Source: an uncultured bacterium (lineage in GTDB: Bacteria > Verrucomicrobiota > Verrucomicrobiia > Limisphaerales > UBA8199). Taken from it: 64,000 nt of DNA. The position numbers and the translations under genes were made by a program. Under the pieces are notes generated by a model that made no database searches, was not told the origin of the DNA, and was given only the letters and a program-made list of their open reading frames with translations. Shown in pieces: positions 34,716 through 46,511 of this stretch. How positions within the stretch are numbered: the stretch's first letter is position 1; every line of letters begins with the position of its first letter. The stretch lies in assembly GCA_963749495.1 (NCBI GenBank), contig CAVVMW010000004.1, positions 544,001 through 608,000 of the forward strand. Direction: 5' to 3'.

Positions 34716-37700
34716 ATGAAAGATATAGTCAAGAACCTCGTTCTAGCCGGCACGCTCGGCGGGGCACTGCTGCGCCCGGTGTCGGTCCATGCCCAGACGG
34801 TGGGGCAGTGGGACTTCGACAAATCCAACCTCGTGGCCACCGCGGGCTCGACCCTGGGGATCTGCAGTACGCGGACGGCCCGGGCGCCGCCACGCAGGCT
34901 GGCACCGTCTTTGGCACGACGGCGGCCCTCGGCCTGCCGCTCATCAACGGGACCAACGCAACCGTCATGAAATACGTGGCCGAGACCGACCCCTCGCTCG
35001 GCTATCAAATACCGGTCCCGCCGACGGGCAATGGTGGCGGGGCGTTTCTGGGCGACTACACCCTCATCGTGGACGTCCTCTATCCCTCGAGCTCGAGCGG
35101 CACGTTCCGCCCCATACTCCAGACGGACGACGGCCAGCTCGACAACATTCGCGCCTACCTCGCCATCGGGGCCAATGACGCCCTCCAGGCCACCGCCAGT
35201 CTCAGCAGCAAGCCCTCCGGCAGCGCCGGGCATCTCTCGCCCAACGTGTGGTGTCGCGTGGGCTTTGTGGTGAGCCATAGCACAGGCGAGGTTCTTCTCT
35301 ATATCAACGGGGCCCTCGTCGGCTCCGTGACGGGGCTTTCGCCCGATGACGTCTATGCCCTGCCTCCCGGGGCTTCGGTGCGCCTGTTTGGAAGCGCAAC
35401 CGAGACCAATGCGGCCGGCGGATATGTCAACAGTGTTCAAATCCGTGACTCGGCCCTGAACCCGGGCCAAATGCAAGCCATGGCCGGCCCCTCGGCGGGG
35501 GGCCTCCCGCAGGTGATTCCGCCCGTGCCCTCGTTCATCGAATCGAGAATTCCGGACGTTGGCGGGACCGGAGTCACCCCCTTGGCGGCGGTGCATGCGG
35601 TGCTCGACCAGGGCGACACGGCGATCGACGCCGCTTCGATTCGGCTCTCGTTGGACGGGGCGGTTGTGGCGGCCTTGGTGACGCCTGCCCCTCCCACGGA
35701 CACGATTGATTACACCTTTACCAACGCCCTGGAGCCGCTTTCCACGCATACCTTGACTCTGGCGTGGACAGACAGCGTGGCGGGAGCCAAGACGGAGTTC
35801 TGGTCGTTCACCGCTTTGAATTATCAGGCGGTCACCCTTCCCAGCCCCATCTATCTCGAGACCTTCAACAAGGTCGCAGAAGGCGGCCTCCCGGCGGGTT
35901 GGGTCGCTACCAATCACACGGACACCGTGGACCCGGGACTTAATCTGGACGATCTGAAGTCCGATACCTACAAAGATTGGGTAGTGGTCAGCCAGCAGCG
36001 GCTGAGCGGCCTGAAAGCTCGCATCTTCTGGCAGCCTCCCATCATGCTCAACGGTCAGTTCATCGATAATCTCGCCTCGGGCAACATGCTGTATGCCGAA
36101 TCCGACGCGCGCGACGGCAACCAAGTGCAGGTCGTCTTTACCTCCGACTACGACCTGACCGGCAAGACCAATATCTTCGTCGCTCTGCACTGCCTCTACG
36201 AGCAGAACCAGGACAACATTGGCGCCGTCGAATATTCGGTGGACCAGGGCGCCGATTGGCTGCCCATCGCCTATTTTATCGCCTCAAGTGACGGCACAGA
36301 TTTTGCCGGCAGCGACGTCATCACCAACAACGGGAGCATCAATGCCGTTGCCACGTTGACCACCGCGCGAACCGATCAGGCCTGGGGGCTGGCTTACGGC
36401 GCTTTCATTGGCGCACCCATTTCGCAGGCCCTGGCCCCGTATATTGTTCCGTTCCCGGACGACGAAGCCAATATCACCGTCGCCGACGGCGTGGCGCATT
36501 CTGCCTGGCTCGGAAAGGAGATTCTGCTGGCTCGCCTGCCGATGGCCGACGGCCAGTCCCGCGTCCGGTTCCGCTTCATGCAGGCCGGCACCGCGAGCTG
36601 GTACTTCGGCATAGATGATCTCGGACTTTACAGCATCAACACGCCCGTCATCACGGCCCAGCCGCAATCGCAGACGGTCAACGCGAACACGGCTGCATCG
36701 TTCACCGTGGCCGCCAGCGGCAGTCCCCCGCTGGCCCGCCAGTGGAAGTTCGATGGCCAGATCATTATCGGCGCGACCAATGCAACCTATGCGATCTCGA
36801 ATGCCTCGCCGGCCGATGCCGGACAATACCAGGTGGTCGTCAGCAACTCAGACGGTCCAACGCCCAGCACGCCGGCTAGCCTGACGGTCGTCACCAATCC
36901 GGTGATCAGCTCGCCCCTGGCCTCCCAGGTGGCCGACCCGGGCGATACCGTCACCTTCACGGCCGCCGTGGGCGGGGGACGCCCCTTGAGCTACCTCTGG
37001 TTCCAAAACGGGACCTTGCTTTCCGGAACCACAAACGGGCCGCTCGAGCTGAGTCCCGTGACGACCAATAGCTCCGGCCAGTATGAGCTGGTGCTCACCA
37101 ACATCTACGGCGCTGTGACCAGCGCCGTGGCGCAACTGACCGTCATTTCCGGCCCGATTACCAACGCCCTGGTGGTGCACCTGCCGTTCGACGGGAATTT
37201 CAACGACGCCTCCGGCCGCGGGAACAACGCCCAGTACACCTACAACGGGCCCAACGGCGATCCGAATCCCACCTTTATTCCTGGCAAGATCGGCCAGGCC
37301 TTCGAGTTCACCACGTTGAATGACGCCAGCAAGTTCGACTACGCCACCCTGGGCTATCCGGCCGACCTCCTGTTTGGCGATTCCGTTTCGTTCTCGGTCT
37401 CGATGTGGGTCAATTACACCAACCAGACGGACGACTTGCCGTTCATCTCGAATAAAGACTGGAACAGCAGCGGCAATTTAGGCTGGATTATCGCGCCCCA
37501 GAGCGGGGGCAACTATCGCATCAACATCACCGGCCCGAATGGCGGCTCGGACAAGTTCGACACGTCGCCGTCAACCGTGCTGCGGGATGGGCAATGGCAC
37601 AACCTGGTGGTGAGCGTCGTGCGGACCCCGGGTTCGCAGGCGGGCTATGTGAATTCCTACGTGGATGGCGCTCCCGCCAGCCAGAAAGTCATCCTGACGC

Positions 37701-39184
37701 ATGGCTCGATTGACACGGAGGGCACGCCGTTCTCCAATAGCCAACGCGGCGTGACGCCCACCCAAACGGACTGGGCGGTCAACATCGGGGAGGACGGCAC
37801 CGGCGTCTATTATGATAATGGCAGCGCCTACAATATCGCGGCGCACATTGACGACGTGGGCATCTGGCGCCGCGCCCTGACGGCCAAAGAGGCCAACGCC
37901 ATCTATACCGCAGGCCAGAACGGCAAGGACCTGTCCCAGGCGGTGGTGGCTGCCGTCCTGCCGCCGGCGATAACGACCCCGCTGCTCTCGCAAGTCGCCA
38001 TCCCGGGCGAGACGGTGACCTTCGCCCCTGCCATAACTGGAGGCGCGCCCCTAACCTACCTGTGGTCCGACAACGGCACCCTCATCGTGAGCGCGACCAA
38101 CGCCGTGCTCACCCTCAACGTTAGCCCGGGCAGTGCCGGCCTCTATCAACTGGTCGTCACCAACCCGGCCGGCGCCGCCACCAGCACCCTCGCCCAATTG
38201 ACCGTCGCCTCCGGTCTCATCAACGACAGCCTCGTTGTCCATTTGCCCTTTGAAGGCAACTTCAATGACATCTCCGGCCACGGGAACAACGCCGCTTACG
38301 CGACCAACGGGACTAATGCCAGCCCGACACCGACTTTCGTTCCCGGTGTCCTCGGCCAGGCCTTCGTCACCACGACCAAGGCGGACGGCTCACAGTTCGA
38401 GTATGCCACCCTGGGTTATCCAGACGACCTGAAATTCGGCGACAGCACCTCGTTTGCAGTCTCGATGTGGGTCAATTACACCAACCAGGCCGATGACCCG
38501 CCGTTCATCTCGAACAAAGACTGGAACAGCAGCAGCGACCCGGGCTGGGGTATTTTTACCCAGGACGGCGGCAATTTCCGCGTCAATGTCACGGGCCCGA
38601 CCAGCGCCGGCAAATTCAGTGTCACCCCCGCCACCACGTTGCGCGACGGCACCTGGCACCACCTGGTGGTCAGCTTCGTGCGCGCGGCGACCAACCCAGC
38701 GGCGTACTCTTACGTGGACGGCGCGCTCGTGGACCAGACGGCCTACCTGGTCAATGGCAGCATAGATACGTATGCCCTGCCTTTCAGCAACCACCAGGGT
38801 CTAACCACCGGCCAAACCAACTGGGCGGTGAACATCGGTCAGGATGGGACCGGCGTGTATGACGACAACACGAGCGCTCATAACATCGGCGCCAAACTCG
38901 ATGACCTCGGCATCTGGCGCCGCGCCCTGAGCGCGGAAGAGGCCCAGGCCATCCATACTGCCGGCCTGGCTGGCAAGGACCTGTCCCATGCAGTGACCAG
39001 GCTCTCGCTGACCGTCTCCGGCTCGAACGTCCTGCTCGAGTGGCCGGCCAAGTCCACGGTCAAGCTCCAAACCACCCCTGACTTGAGTCCGGCCCATTGG
39101 CAGGACGTGCCCAACACGCTCGGGACCAACTCAGTCACCGTGCCGATGACCAAAGCCCCGGCCTACTTCCGGCTCTCGCAATAA
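34716..39184 (+). CDS. Large secreted LamG-jellyroll/immunoglobulin-domain protein, with a 1-bp frameshift near 34858
   Basis: Signal peptide ORF at 34716 continues as DLQYADG in the 34808 frame; PVITAQP Ig repeats; duplicated LamG domains (VHLPFDGNFND...DDVGIWRRAL). Confidence 0.85.
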
Positions 39185-39298
39185 CAGCTTAGGGACGACG
39201 GGGAAAATCCGGGCTTTGGCGGCGCGCTCGGGGTGCGCGCCCCAAAGCCCGCTCAGCGTTTTGCGTTCACGAACAACTCGAGTATTGTCCTCATGATC

Positions 39299-40246
39299 AT
39301 GAATGACCTCAAATCTAAGTCCACAGCCATTCCCAGCCACATCGCGGCCATTCTCTGCCTGGTTCTCTGCCTTGCTCTCGGGCCAGCCCAATCTGCAACC
39401 TCAGCCCAAACCCAGGTCCAGCACATTGTCATTGTCGGTGTGGACGGAATGAGTCCCGACGGCGTCCTCCACGCGGATGCGCCGAACATGAGCCGAATGA
39501 GGAGCCAAGGCGCCTGGACTTTCAAGGCACGCGGGGTAATGCCGACCTCCAGCAGCCCCAATTGGGCCTCTATGATCATGGGCGCCGGCCCGGAGCAACA
39601 CGGCGTCACCTCCAATGACTGGGAGACGAACAAATTCGACATCGCTCCTACGGTGACCGGGCCGGGCGGCATCTTCCCCACCATCTTCGGCGTGCTCCGC
39701 CAACAGCAGCCCTCCGCCGGCCTGGCCGTGTTTCACGATTGGGATGGCTTTGGCCGGCTCCTGGAGAGGCGCATGGTGGACGTGGTCGAACACACCGACG
39801 GGCCGACCAATGCGATGCGCCGGGCAGTCACGTGGTTCGAGACCAAACGGCCTGCGCTCACTTTCATCCAGCTCGATCACGTGGACCATGCCTTGCACGA
39901 GTCCGGCCACGGCACTCCCGAGTATTACGCCGCCGTGGCCGTGGCCGACCAGTTGATCGGGGAAATGATTGCCGGCATCGAAGAGGCCGGCCTCCGCCAG
40001 AGCACGCTGCTCTGGGTCACTTCCGACCATGGCGGGCGCGGCAAGAAACACGGCGGGGCCACAATGCAGGAGCTGGAGATCCCCTGGATCATGGCCGGTC
40101 CCGGGGTCATCCCAGGACACGAAATAAAGGCCGCTGTGAACACGTACGATATGGCTCCCACGATCGCATGGATCTTCGGCGCCCAGCCGCCAGAGTGCTG
40201 GATCGGCCGACCCATACGCGAGCCCTTTAGGCTCGAAAACCGCTGA
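39299..40246 (+). CDS. Alkaline-phosphatase-superfamily (nucleotide pyrophosphatase/phosphodiesterase-like) protein
   Basis: IVGVDGM, PTSSSPNW, DHVDHALH, TSDHGG. Confidence 0.9.
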   Translation: MNDLKSKSTAIPSHIAAILCLVLCLALGPAQSATSAQTQVQHIVIVGVDGMSPDGVLHADAPNMSRMRSQGAWTFKARGVMPTSSSPNWASMIMGAGPEQHGVTSNDWETNKFDIAPTVTGPGGIFPTIFGVLRQQQPSAGLAVFHDWDGFGRLLERRMVDVVEHTDGPTNAMRRAVTWFETKRPALTFIQLDHVDHALHESGHGTPEYYAAVAVADQLIGEMIAGIEEAGLRQSTLLWVTSDHGGRGKKHGGATMQELEIPWIMAGPGVIPGHEIKAAVNTYDMAPTIAWIFGAQPPECWIGRPIREPFRLENR

Positions 40247-40279
40247 GTGCTCATTCGTCATTCGCCATCCATCCAAGAA

Positions 40280-41374
40280 ATGACAACCGAGTCGATGCCG
40301 TCCAAGTCCTGTGCAGCGGTATTTCACGGTGTCGGCAAACCGCTGGCCCTGGAGCACTTTCCGCTTCCGAAATTGAAAGGGAGCGAAGTGCTGGTCCGGA
40401 TTCGCTGTGCCACGATCTGCGGTTCGGATCTCCATTCCTTCTATGGGCGGCGGGCTTCGCCGACGCCCAGCGTACTGGGCCATGAAATGGTCGGCGAGGT
40501 GGTCGGCGTCGGTCCGGTGGGAGGGAGGGATTACCGGGGTAGTCCCTTGAGGCTGGGTGACCGCGTGACCTGGTCCATGGTATGGAGTTGCGGCGATTGC
40601 TTCTATTGCCGGCGCGGCCTGTCCTCAAAGTGCGAGTGCCTGATGAAGTTCGGCCATGAGGCAATTGTCCCGGGGCGCGCATTGATTGGGGGCCTGGCGC
40701 AGCACTGCTTTTTGCCGGAGAAGACGGCCATTTTCAAGGTGCCGGCGAATGTGCCCGATGTGGTCGCAAGCCCGGCGAACTGCGCCACGGCAACGGTCGC
40801 AGCTGTGTTTCGCCATGCTGGATCGGTTGAAGGGCAGACTGTGATCGTCCATGGGGCCGGGATGCTGGGCCAGACGGCGTGCGCCATGGCCGCCGCCGGA
40901 GCTGCGGCGCGTGTCATCGTGTTGGAACCGGATGCGGCGCGCCGCGCCAGCGCCCTGAAATTCGGAGCCACCACCGCGCTCGACAGCAAGGAAGAAAGCC
41001 GCAAACAGGTGCTGGATCTGACGGAGGGCAGGGGTGCCGACATCGGCCTCGAGTTTTCAGGTCACCCGGAGGCTGTCGAGCGGGGCGTTGAGCTCTTGAG
41101 GATGGGCGGGCGCCTCGTTCTTGCAGGAGCGACGTTCCCCAGCCGCTCGGTCCAGTTGTCGGCTGAGCAGATTGTCCGCCGCATGCTCCAGCTCGTCGGC
41201 GTTTACAACTACCGCTCCGACGACCTGAAGACCGCGCTGCGATTCCTCTCCCGTACCCGGACAGCGCGCCCATTCGAAACATTGGTTGCGAAGACTTTCC
41301 CATTAACTGAAGTCAATGCCGCCTTTGAATATGCGGAATCCCAGCGCCCGCCACGAGTGGCAATTGTGCCCTGA
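40280..41374 (+). CDS. Zn-dependent alcohol dehydrogenase of the phosphonate-catabolism-associated type
   Basis: ICGSDLH, GHEMVG, CGDCFYCRRGLSSKC, PANCATATVAA, GAGMLG; adjacent to phosphonatase-like HAD. Confidence 0.85.
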   Translation: MTTESMPSKSCAAVFHGVGKPLALEHFPLPKLKGSEVLVRIRCATICGSDLHSFYGRRASPTPSVLGHEMVGEVVGVGPVGGRDYRGSPLRLGDRVTWSMVWSCGDCFYCRRGLSSKCECLMKFGHEAIVPGRALIGGLAQHCFLPEKTAIFKVPANVPDVVASPANCATATVAAVFRHAGSVEGQTVIVHGAGMLGQTACAMAAAGAAARVIVLEPDAARRASALKFGATTALDSKEESRKQVLDLTEGRGADIGLEFSGHPEAVERGVELLRMGGRLVLAGATFPSRSVQLSAEQIVRRMLQLVGVYNYRSDDLKTALRFLSRTRTARPFETLVAKTFPLTEVNAAFEYAESQRPPRVAIVP

Positions 41375-41658
41375 TCGTGCTGATGGCCCGAGGTGGAGAC
41401 TTGCGCGTGTTTCCGCCAATCGGGAGGCGGTCTTCGTCACAAATTCGCTACACGCCTGCCGTCCAATCGTCATACTCCCCAGCCACACTCCGCCCGGAAA
41501 CTGGAGTGACTCATGATGGCAAGCCAAACGCCCGCCGTCGGAACACCAAGCGCTGGGCGCCAAGGCGCCACCGAGGCCTGGCGGCCGTGGTTGCTCCTTT
41601 CCTGACCCTGGAAACAGCACCTCAACCACGGATGAACATGGACGAACACGGACTGAAC

Positions 41659-42368
41659 ATGAAAAGCGAAATCGCACTGGTTGTTTTTGACATGGCGGGC
41701 ACGACGGTCCGCGACGACGATGCCGTAAACCGCTGCCTGCAGACGGCCCTGGCCGCCGGAGGCGTGCAGGTCACTCGCGATGAGGTCAACGCCGTGATGG
41801 GCAGGCCCAAGCCCGAGGCCATCGCCGCTCTCTGGTCGCAGAAGCGCGGGACCGGCGCCGCACCCGCTGAGGTGACGCGTCTGCACGACGATTTCCTGCG
41901 CGCGATGATTGAGTTCTATCGGACGGACGCCGGCGTCGGCGAGGTGCCCGGCGCGACCAGCCTGTTTCAGCAATTGCACGAGGAAGGGATAGCGGTGGCG
42001 CTCGACACCGGTTTCAGCCGCGACATTGTGGATGTGATTTTGCAGCGACTGGGCTGGGATCTGCCCGGCGTGCTCGACGCTACGGTAGCCAGCGACGAGG
42101 TGCCGCGTGGGCGCCCGCACCCGGACCTGATTTTTAAGGCCATGAAACGCACCGGCGTTCGAGATACCAGCCGCGTCGCCAAGGTGGGAGACACCCCCTC
42201 CGATCTCCTCAGGGCACCGCTGCAGGCTGCGGCCTGGTGATCGGTGTGACCAACGGCACGCACACCCGTGCGCAACTGGCGGCCTATCCCCACACACACC
42301 TGGCCGCAAGCCTCGACGAATTGCCCGCTCTAGTCCTCGCTCACGGCGCAAAGCCCTCCCAGGCATGA
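41659..42368 (+). pseudogene. Phosphonatase-like (PhnX-like) HAD hydrolase, frameshift near 42210
   Basis: VFDMAGTTV, GRPHPD, KVGDTPSDL; shifted frame continues QGTAAGCGLVIGVTNGTH...PHTH. Confidence 0.85.
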
Positions 42369-42430
42369 GTGCCCTGCCCCCCGCCCGCGACAAGCTCCTC
42401 TTCACGCCCGGACCATTGACCACGAGCCCA
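42365..42430 (+). pseudogene. phnW: N-terminal remnant of 2-aminoethylphosphonate-pyruvate transaminase
   Basis: DKLLFTPGPLTTS directly after the PhnX-like gene. Confidence 0.7.
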
Positions 42431-42864
42431 GACCTGGTCGTTGAGCAAGAGTTGGAATTCGATGTCCTCGTGCAGTCCGCTGGCCCACCAAATCCAGTGC
42501 TCCGGGCCTGTGCACGCCAGCCGCCATCCCCTGTCCCAACGCAGGCCACCCCCCCGGCCGCGAATGAAGATCGAATCGCCCCGCCCGACCTCCGCGGTGA
42601 CCTCAATCACAGTGGATGCGGCGCGATCCGTAATGGCCTCGCCGCGTCTGCTGCGGCCTGTTATCGCCGATCCACAGCCAGGCTCGATACCCGGCGACCG
42701 ACGACGTCCAGGGCCCTGGCACCCCTCGCCTTCAAAGACGGTTTTCATAGCCACTCGATAAACCGTACCCCCGCTGTGCAGTGTTTCAACGGAGGACCGG
42801 TTACAATCAGGTGACAACCTGTGCATGAAGGAGAAAGAGGGCTGAAAGTCGGCAACCTCCAGCC

Positions 42865-43083
42865 TCATGATCTTTCCCTCCAGACCACCGTGAAGAGAAG
42901 GATACTCGTCATGCTCACCAGGCCTGTCAGGATCGCACCCCAGATGACGACCGGCCCAATGCCTCTCTGAAAGAGAAGAACCGCAGTGAAGACTGCTCCG
43001 ATGACTTGAGCTTGGCCGAGAGCAAGGCGCAGAACGGGCCGCCATCGTGGCTGAGCACCCTCGATCTTCGGGTGGGCGTGCAT
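42865..43083 (-). CDS. Small two-TM membrane protein
   Basis: Hydrophobic helices; start uncertain. Confidence 0.5.
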   Translation of the reverse strand: MHAHPKIEGAQPRWRPVLRLALGQAQVIGAVFTAVLLFQRGIGPVVIWGAILTGLVSMTSILLFTVVWRERS

Positions 43084-43164
43084 TGCGCTGGCGATAGAAG
43101 CAGAAACCAACAAGTGAATCAAAGGCAAGCGGGTGACGAATTGGTTACAATTCCTCCACCCGAC

Positions 43165-43290
43165 ACTCCAGAGCAGCGAGAGCGGAACTGCCGACGCCCA
43201 TGAACGGATCCAGCACGACCTTGCCGAGAAGTCGCTGGATGACCGCGCCCTTGGAGAAGGTCTCCCAGCGGCGGCGGTTCTCGCTGATCG
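43165..43290 (-). pseudogene. DNA methyltransferase fragment
   Basis: VVLDPFMGVGSSALAA SAM-binding motif I. Confidence 0.65.
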
Positions 43291-43721
43291 GCTCTTCATA
43301 ACTGTTACGCATCATCGTAACAGCGACCGATGCCGAAGCGTGAGCCTTATGGAGGCGGATTCGTGCCGATTGAGGCCGATACGCGCCGGCGGGCCCTTCG
43401 GTATACATTTCGGCAGTTTGCTACCCCCTCGACCGCCAGAAACCCAGGAGATCACGCGCCTGCCGCGCGGTCCGCCGGATGGAGGCGAGGGTCGGAATCG
43501 GCGAACCCTCGCCCCCCTAGCCCCCCAGTAACCTGGCCAGGGGCGTACAGGCGTGTCCAGGCCGACTGTAGCCGAGAGGGGCGAAAAACGGCCCTGAGGT
43601 TCACGTTTGGGTTCACGTTTTGGCGTTGGGGCGGAGATAGCGATCATCACCCCTTATAAAGCGCTGAGGGGTGAGAAAAGGTCCGTAGTTTCTCAATAAC
43701 GACGAGCCCTCAATTCTCTTG

Positions 43722-43746
43722 CAATACCTCGGACGCCGATGTATTG
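43722..43746. promoter_or_regulatory. Candidate PadR operator palindrome (CAATAC...GTATTG)
   Basis: Inverted repeat just upstream of the padR ATG. Confidence 0.55.
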
Positions 43747-43754
43747 TCGATAGC

Positions 43755-44069
43755 ATGAGCTTTAGAGGTGGATTGACAACTTTGATCTTGCAGAATTTGA
43801 GCCTGGGACCGAACCACGGCTATCGCATTGCGCAGGAGATCAAGGAAAAATCAAAAGGGGCGCTCGACTTCAAGGAAGGCTCTCTTTACCCCGCCCTGCA
43901 TAACTTGGAAGCCAAGGGGTGGATTTCCTCGCAAACGCGCGAGGAGAATGGGCGGCTCCGCTGTTATTACACTCTCACCAATAAAGGCCGGAGAGGCCTT
44001 GCCACTGAAAAGCGGGCTTGGGAACGTTTCTCTGGCGCGTTTAACCTCATCCTGCAGGAGGCTTCATGA
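43755..44069 (+). CDS. PadR-family transcriptional regulator
   Basis: HGYRIAQEI...EGSLYPALHNLE...YYTLTNKG. Confidence 0.93.
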   Translation: MSFRGGLTTLILQNLSLGPNHGYRIAQEIKEKSKGALDFKEGSLYPALHNLEAKGWISSQTREENGRLRCYYTLTNKGRRGLATEKRAWERFSGAFNLILQEAS

Positions 44070-44782
44070 GTGTGCCGATCCAAAACCTCGCCCAATGGCT
44101 GGACGTTTCGACCGAACATCTTTCTGCACCAGCCAAGCAGCGGATAAAACTGGAGATCGAATCCCATTTTCAAGAAGCGGTGGGAGCGTATCGGAATGAG
44201 GGGCAGACGGAGTCCCAGGCACGGGCCCGAGCATTAACGGATCTTGGTGACGCAAAGACGGCCTGGAAGCATTTTCGTAAGAGCCATTTAACGGAAAAGG
44301 AGGCCAAGCATCTTGGGAAAGAGTGGGGCGGCTACCGGAAAGGGAAAGGCGGCTCATGGCTGCTGGGGTTGCATTTTGAACTCTTGCTGCTGTGGTTGAT
44401 TTTTGGGTATGAATTGCTGTGCGTGCGGGCGGTGGACGAACAGGGCAGGGATTTCTATGGACTGCACTATGGACTGCAGCGTGGCCGCCTTATTTTCCCG
44501 GCGATCCTGGCCATAGTGGTCCTGCTTCTCACGACGGTTGAGAATTGGATCGCACGGCATATGCGCAAACCGTCGTCCATTCGACATCTTTACACATTGG
44601 ATATCCTAATCTCGCTCAACATATTAGTTTTCTTTGCCTTCTACGGTGGACGGGTGTATTGGGGCATCTTAGGAATACAGCTCGGCCACCAATTGGCTCA
44701 CATGATTCCCTTGTGGTTCAAGATTGCCCGGATGGACGACATCGGTTGCGAGATGCTACCGCCCGGCGCTGCCGAGTCATGA
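44066..44782 (+). CDS. PadR-coupled membrane protein with permease-prefix-like N-terminus
   Basis: ATGA overlap with padR; EIESHF...ARALTDLGD; TM helices. Confidence 0.75.
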   Translation: MSVPIQNLAQWLDVSTEHLSAPAKQRIKLEIESHFQEAVGAYRNEGQTESQARARALTDLGDAKTAWKHFRKSHLTEKEAKHLGKEWGGYRKGKGGSWLLGLHFELLLLWLIFGYELLCVRAVDEQGRDFYGLHYGLQRGRLIFPAILAIVVLLLTTVENWIARHMRKPSSIRHLYTLDILISLNILVFFAFYGGRVYWGILGIQLGHQLAHMIPLWFKIARMDDIGCEMLPPGAAES

Positions 44783-44805
44783 TTTGACTTGAGGGTTGTC
44801 AATTT

Positions 44806-45537
44806 TCATCTTGTGGGCTCGCAAAGCGAAACGGACGCCTGAGAGGTTGGGAAAGCTCTCACAGCGTTTCGACTTGCTGTCATTGCTGAGCATCTCTTTG
44901 CACTTTCACCCCATTTTTTTCTCGGAAAGTGGAAAGGGCACCGAGTAGATAGCGGAAAGAGGTCAATTCGCCTGCAACCTCGTGTGGGCGATGCTCCCCT
45001 GCCAGCCGCGGCGTGCCCAGCCGGCGGATACTCCAGGCCGAACTGGGGCCAGTCGGGTGGGATAGGGAGCTCGGCCAGCTCGACCAGGGCGAAGCCAGAT
45101 TGGCGCATGTCCTGCTGGCGGCTCCGGACGAACCACGCGCCGACCAGCGAGACGAACACGATGTTGTCGGCCGCCTGCATGGCTTTCTGCAGGAACGCGC
45201 GGAACTGCGAATACGGGGGGTTGGAGACGATCCAGTCCCAGCGCCCCTTGGCGGCCAGGAAGTCCCGGCCGGCGGCGAGGTTGCACCAGTCGCAACCGGG
45301 GATGGCCTTGACGAACGCGCCGCCTCCCCTGCACGGCTCGAGCACCCTCCCGGAGGGCAGGAAGTGGGCCACGATGGCCCTCGCCAGCTCGGGGGGCGTC
45401 TGGACGTCGTCGTTGCCGCCGTTGGGCAACAGCGGGTTACCGTTGACGCCAAGCTCGATGGCCGCCTGCCGGATCAGCCGCGCCATCTCCGGGTCGGTGG
45501 CTGTCAGATGCGTCTGGGCAACGTGGAGATTGAGCAC
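44806..45537 (-). pseudogene. Phage-type N6-adenine DNA methyltransferase-like protein, damaged ends
   Basis: DDVQTPPEL, VLEPCRGGGAF, DWIVSNPPYS. Confidence 0.7.
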
Positions 45538-45649
45538 GGGCTAGCGATGGGCTTCGTCCTGGGTGCGCAGGGTGATGTGTTTGCGGCTGACGGTGTCTTC
45601 GTCTTCGTTATAGGTGGCGATGGAGGAACGCCCGGCCCGAACCTGATTT

Positions 45650-45893
45650 TTAAGGGCACATAAAACTCCTCGTCTCGGTCGCCGTCGCAGTCGGCTGCCT
45701 TGTGGGTCGCGGTGGTTATTCCTTTGGCTATGATGCCAGTGCCATTGTGATACAGATAGACCGTGGACCTTTTGGGAATTTTCGTGACGGCCTGTTTCCG
45801 GTGGTAATAAGCGGATGCCTTGGAAGCAGAGAGCATCTCGCGCCAAGCATTCTCCATAGCATAAGCGTTCGTGTTCACGCGGTAGTAGTCCAT
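45650..45893 (-). pseudogene. Hypothetical protein fragment
   Basis: YYRVNTN...VYLYHNGTGIIAKG; lower GC. Confidence 0.4.
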
Positions 45894-46037
45894 ATACTTG
45901 AGCCTTTTTCGTGAGTGTTGGGTTCGCCATTAGTGAAGGTTTCGTTGGGAGATTATCTCTTGCCTCAACTTTGGCAAGCCCACTCGCACAACTTCTGGAT
46001 TGGAATCGGCCATGTTCAGATCTATGCTCGGCAGGAA

Positions 46038-46511
46038 ATGGGACTGGACGGCATGAACTTGGTGTCGGGCGGGCAGACCGGCGCAGACCGCGCCGCGCTC
46101 GATTTCTCCATCGAGCGCGGCATCCCGCACGGCGGCTGGTGCCCGCGAGGGCGCAAGGCCGAGGACGGCCCCATCGACGCACGATACCACCTGAAGGAGA
46201 CGCCAAGCAGCAGCTTCGTCCAGCGGACTGAGTGGAACGTCCGCGACAGCGACGGCACCGTGGTCCTCTCCATCGCGCCTATTCTGGCGGGCGGGTCCGA
46301 GAAGACCCTCGTATTTGCGCATAAGCACGGCAAGCCGGTCCTCCACCTGGCGCGGGACGGTGGCCCAGAAGCGCCGGAGCAGGCGCTGCGCCGTTTCATC
46401 CAGGACCACGGCATCAAGGTGCTGAACGTGGCCGGGCCGCGAGCCTCCGAAGAGCCGGAGGTCGCCGCGTTCGTGAAGGAGGTCTTAGATAAACTTCGGG
46501 CAGCCCCATGA
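46038..46511 (+). CDS. Putative molybdenum carrier (SLOG-like) protein
   Basis: VSGGQTGADRAALD, HGGWCPRGRKAEDG, RTEWNVRDSDGT, LNVAGPRAS. Confidence 0.88.
   Translation: MGLDGMNLVSGGQTGADRAALDFSIERGIPHGGWCPRGRKAEDGPIDARYHLKETPSSSFVQRTEWNVRDSDGTVVLSIAPILAGGSEKTLVFAHKHGKPVLHLARDGGPEAPEQALRRFIQDHGIKVLNVAGPRASEEPEVAAFVKEVLDKLRAAP

Noticed and set aside
34716..34970. Programmed frameshifting in the LamG gene (and in intI, padR, PhnX-like, HU)
   Set aside because: No slippery heptamer or stimulatory structure is evident; sequencing indels or decay are simpler.
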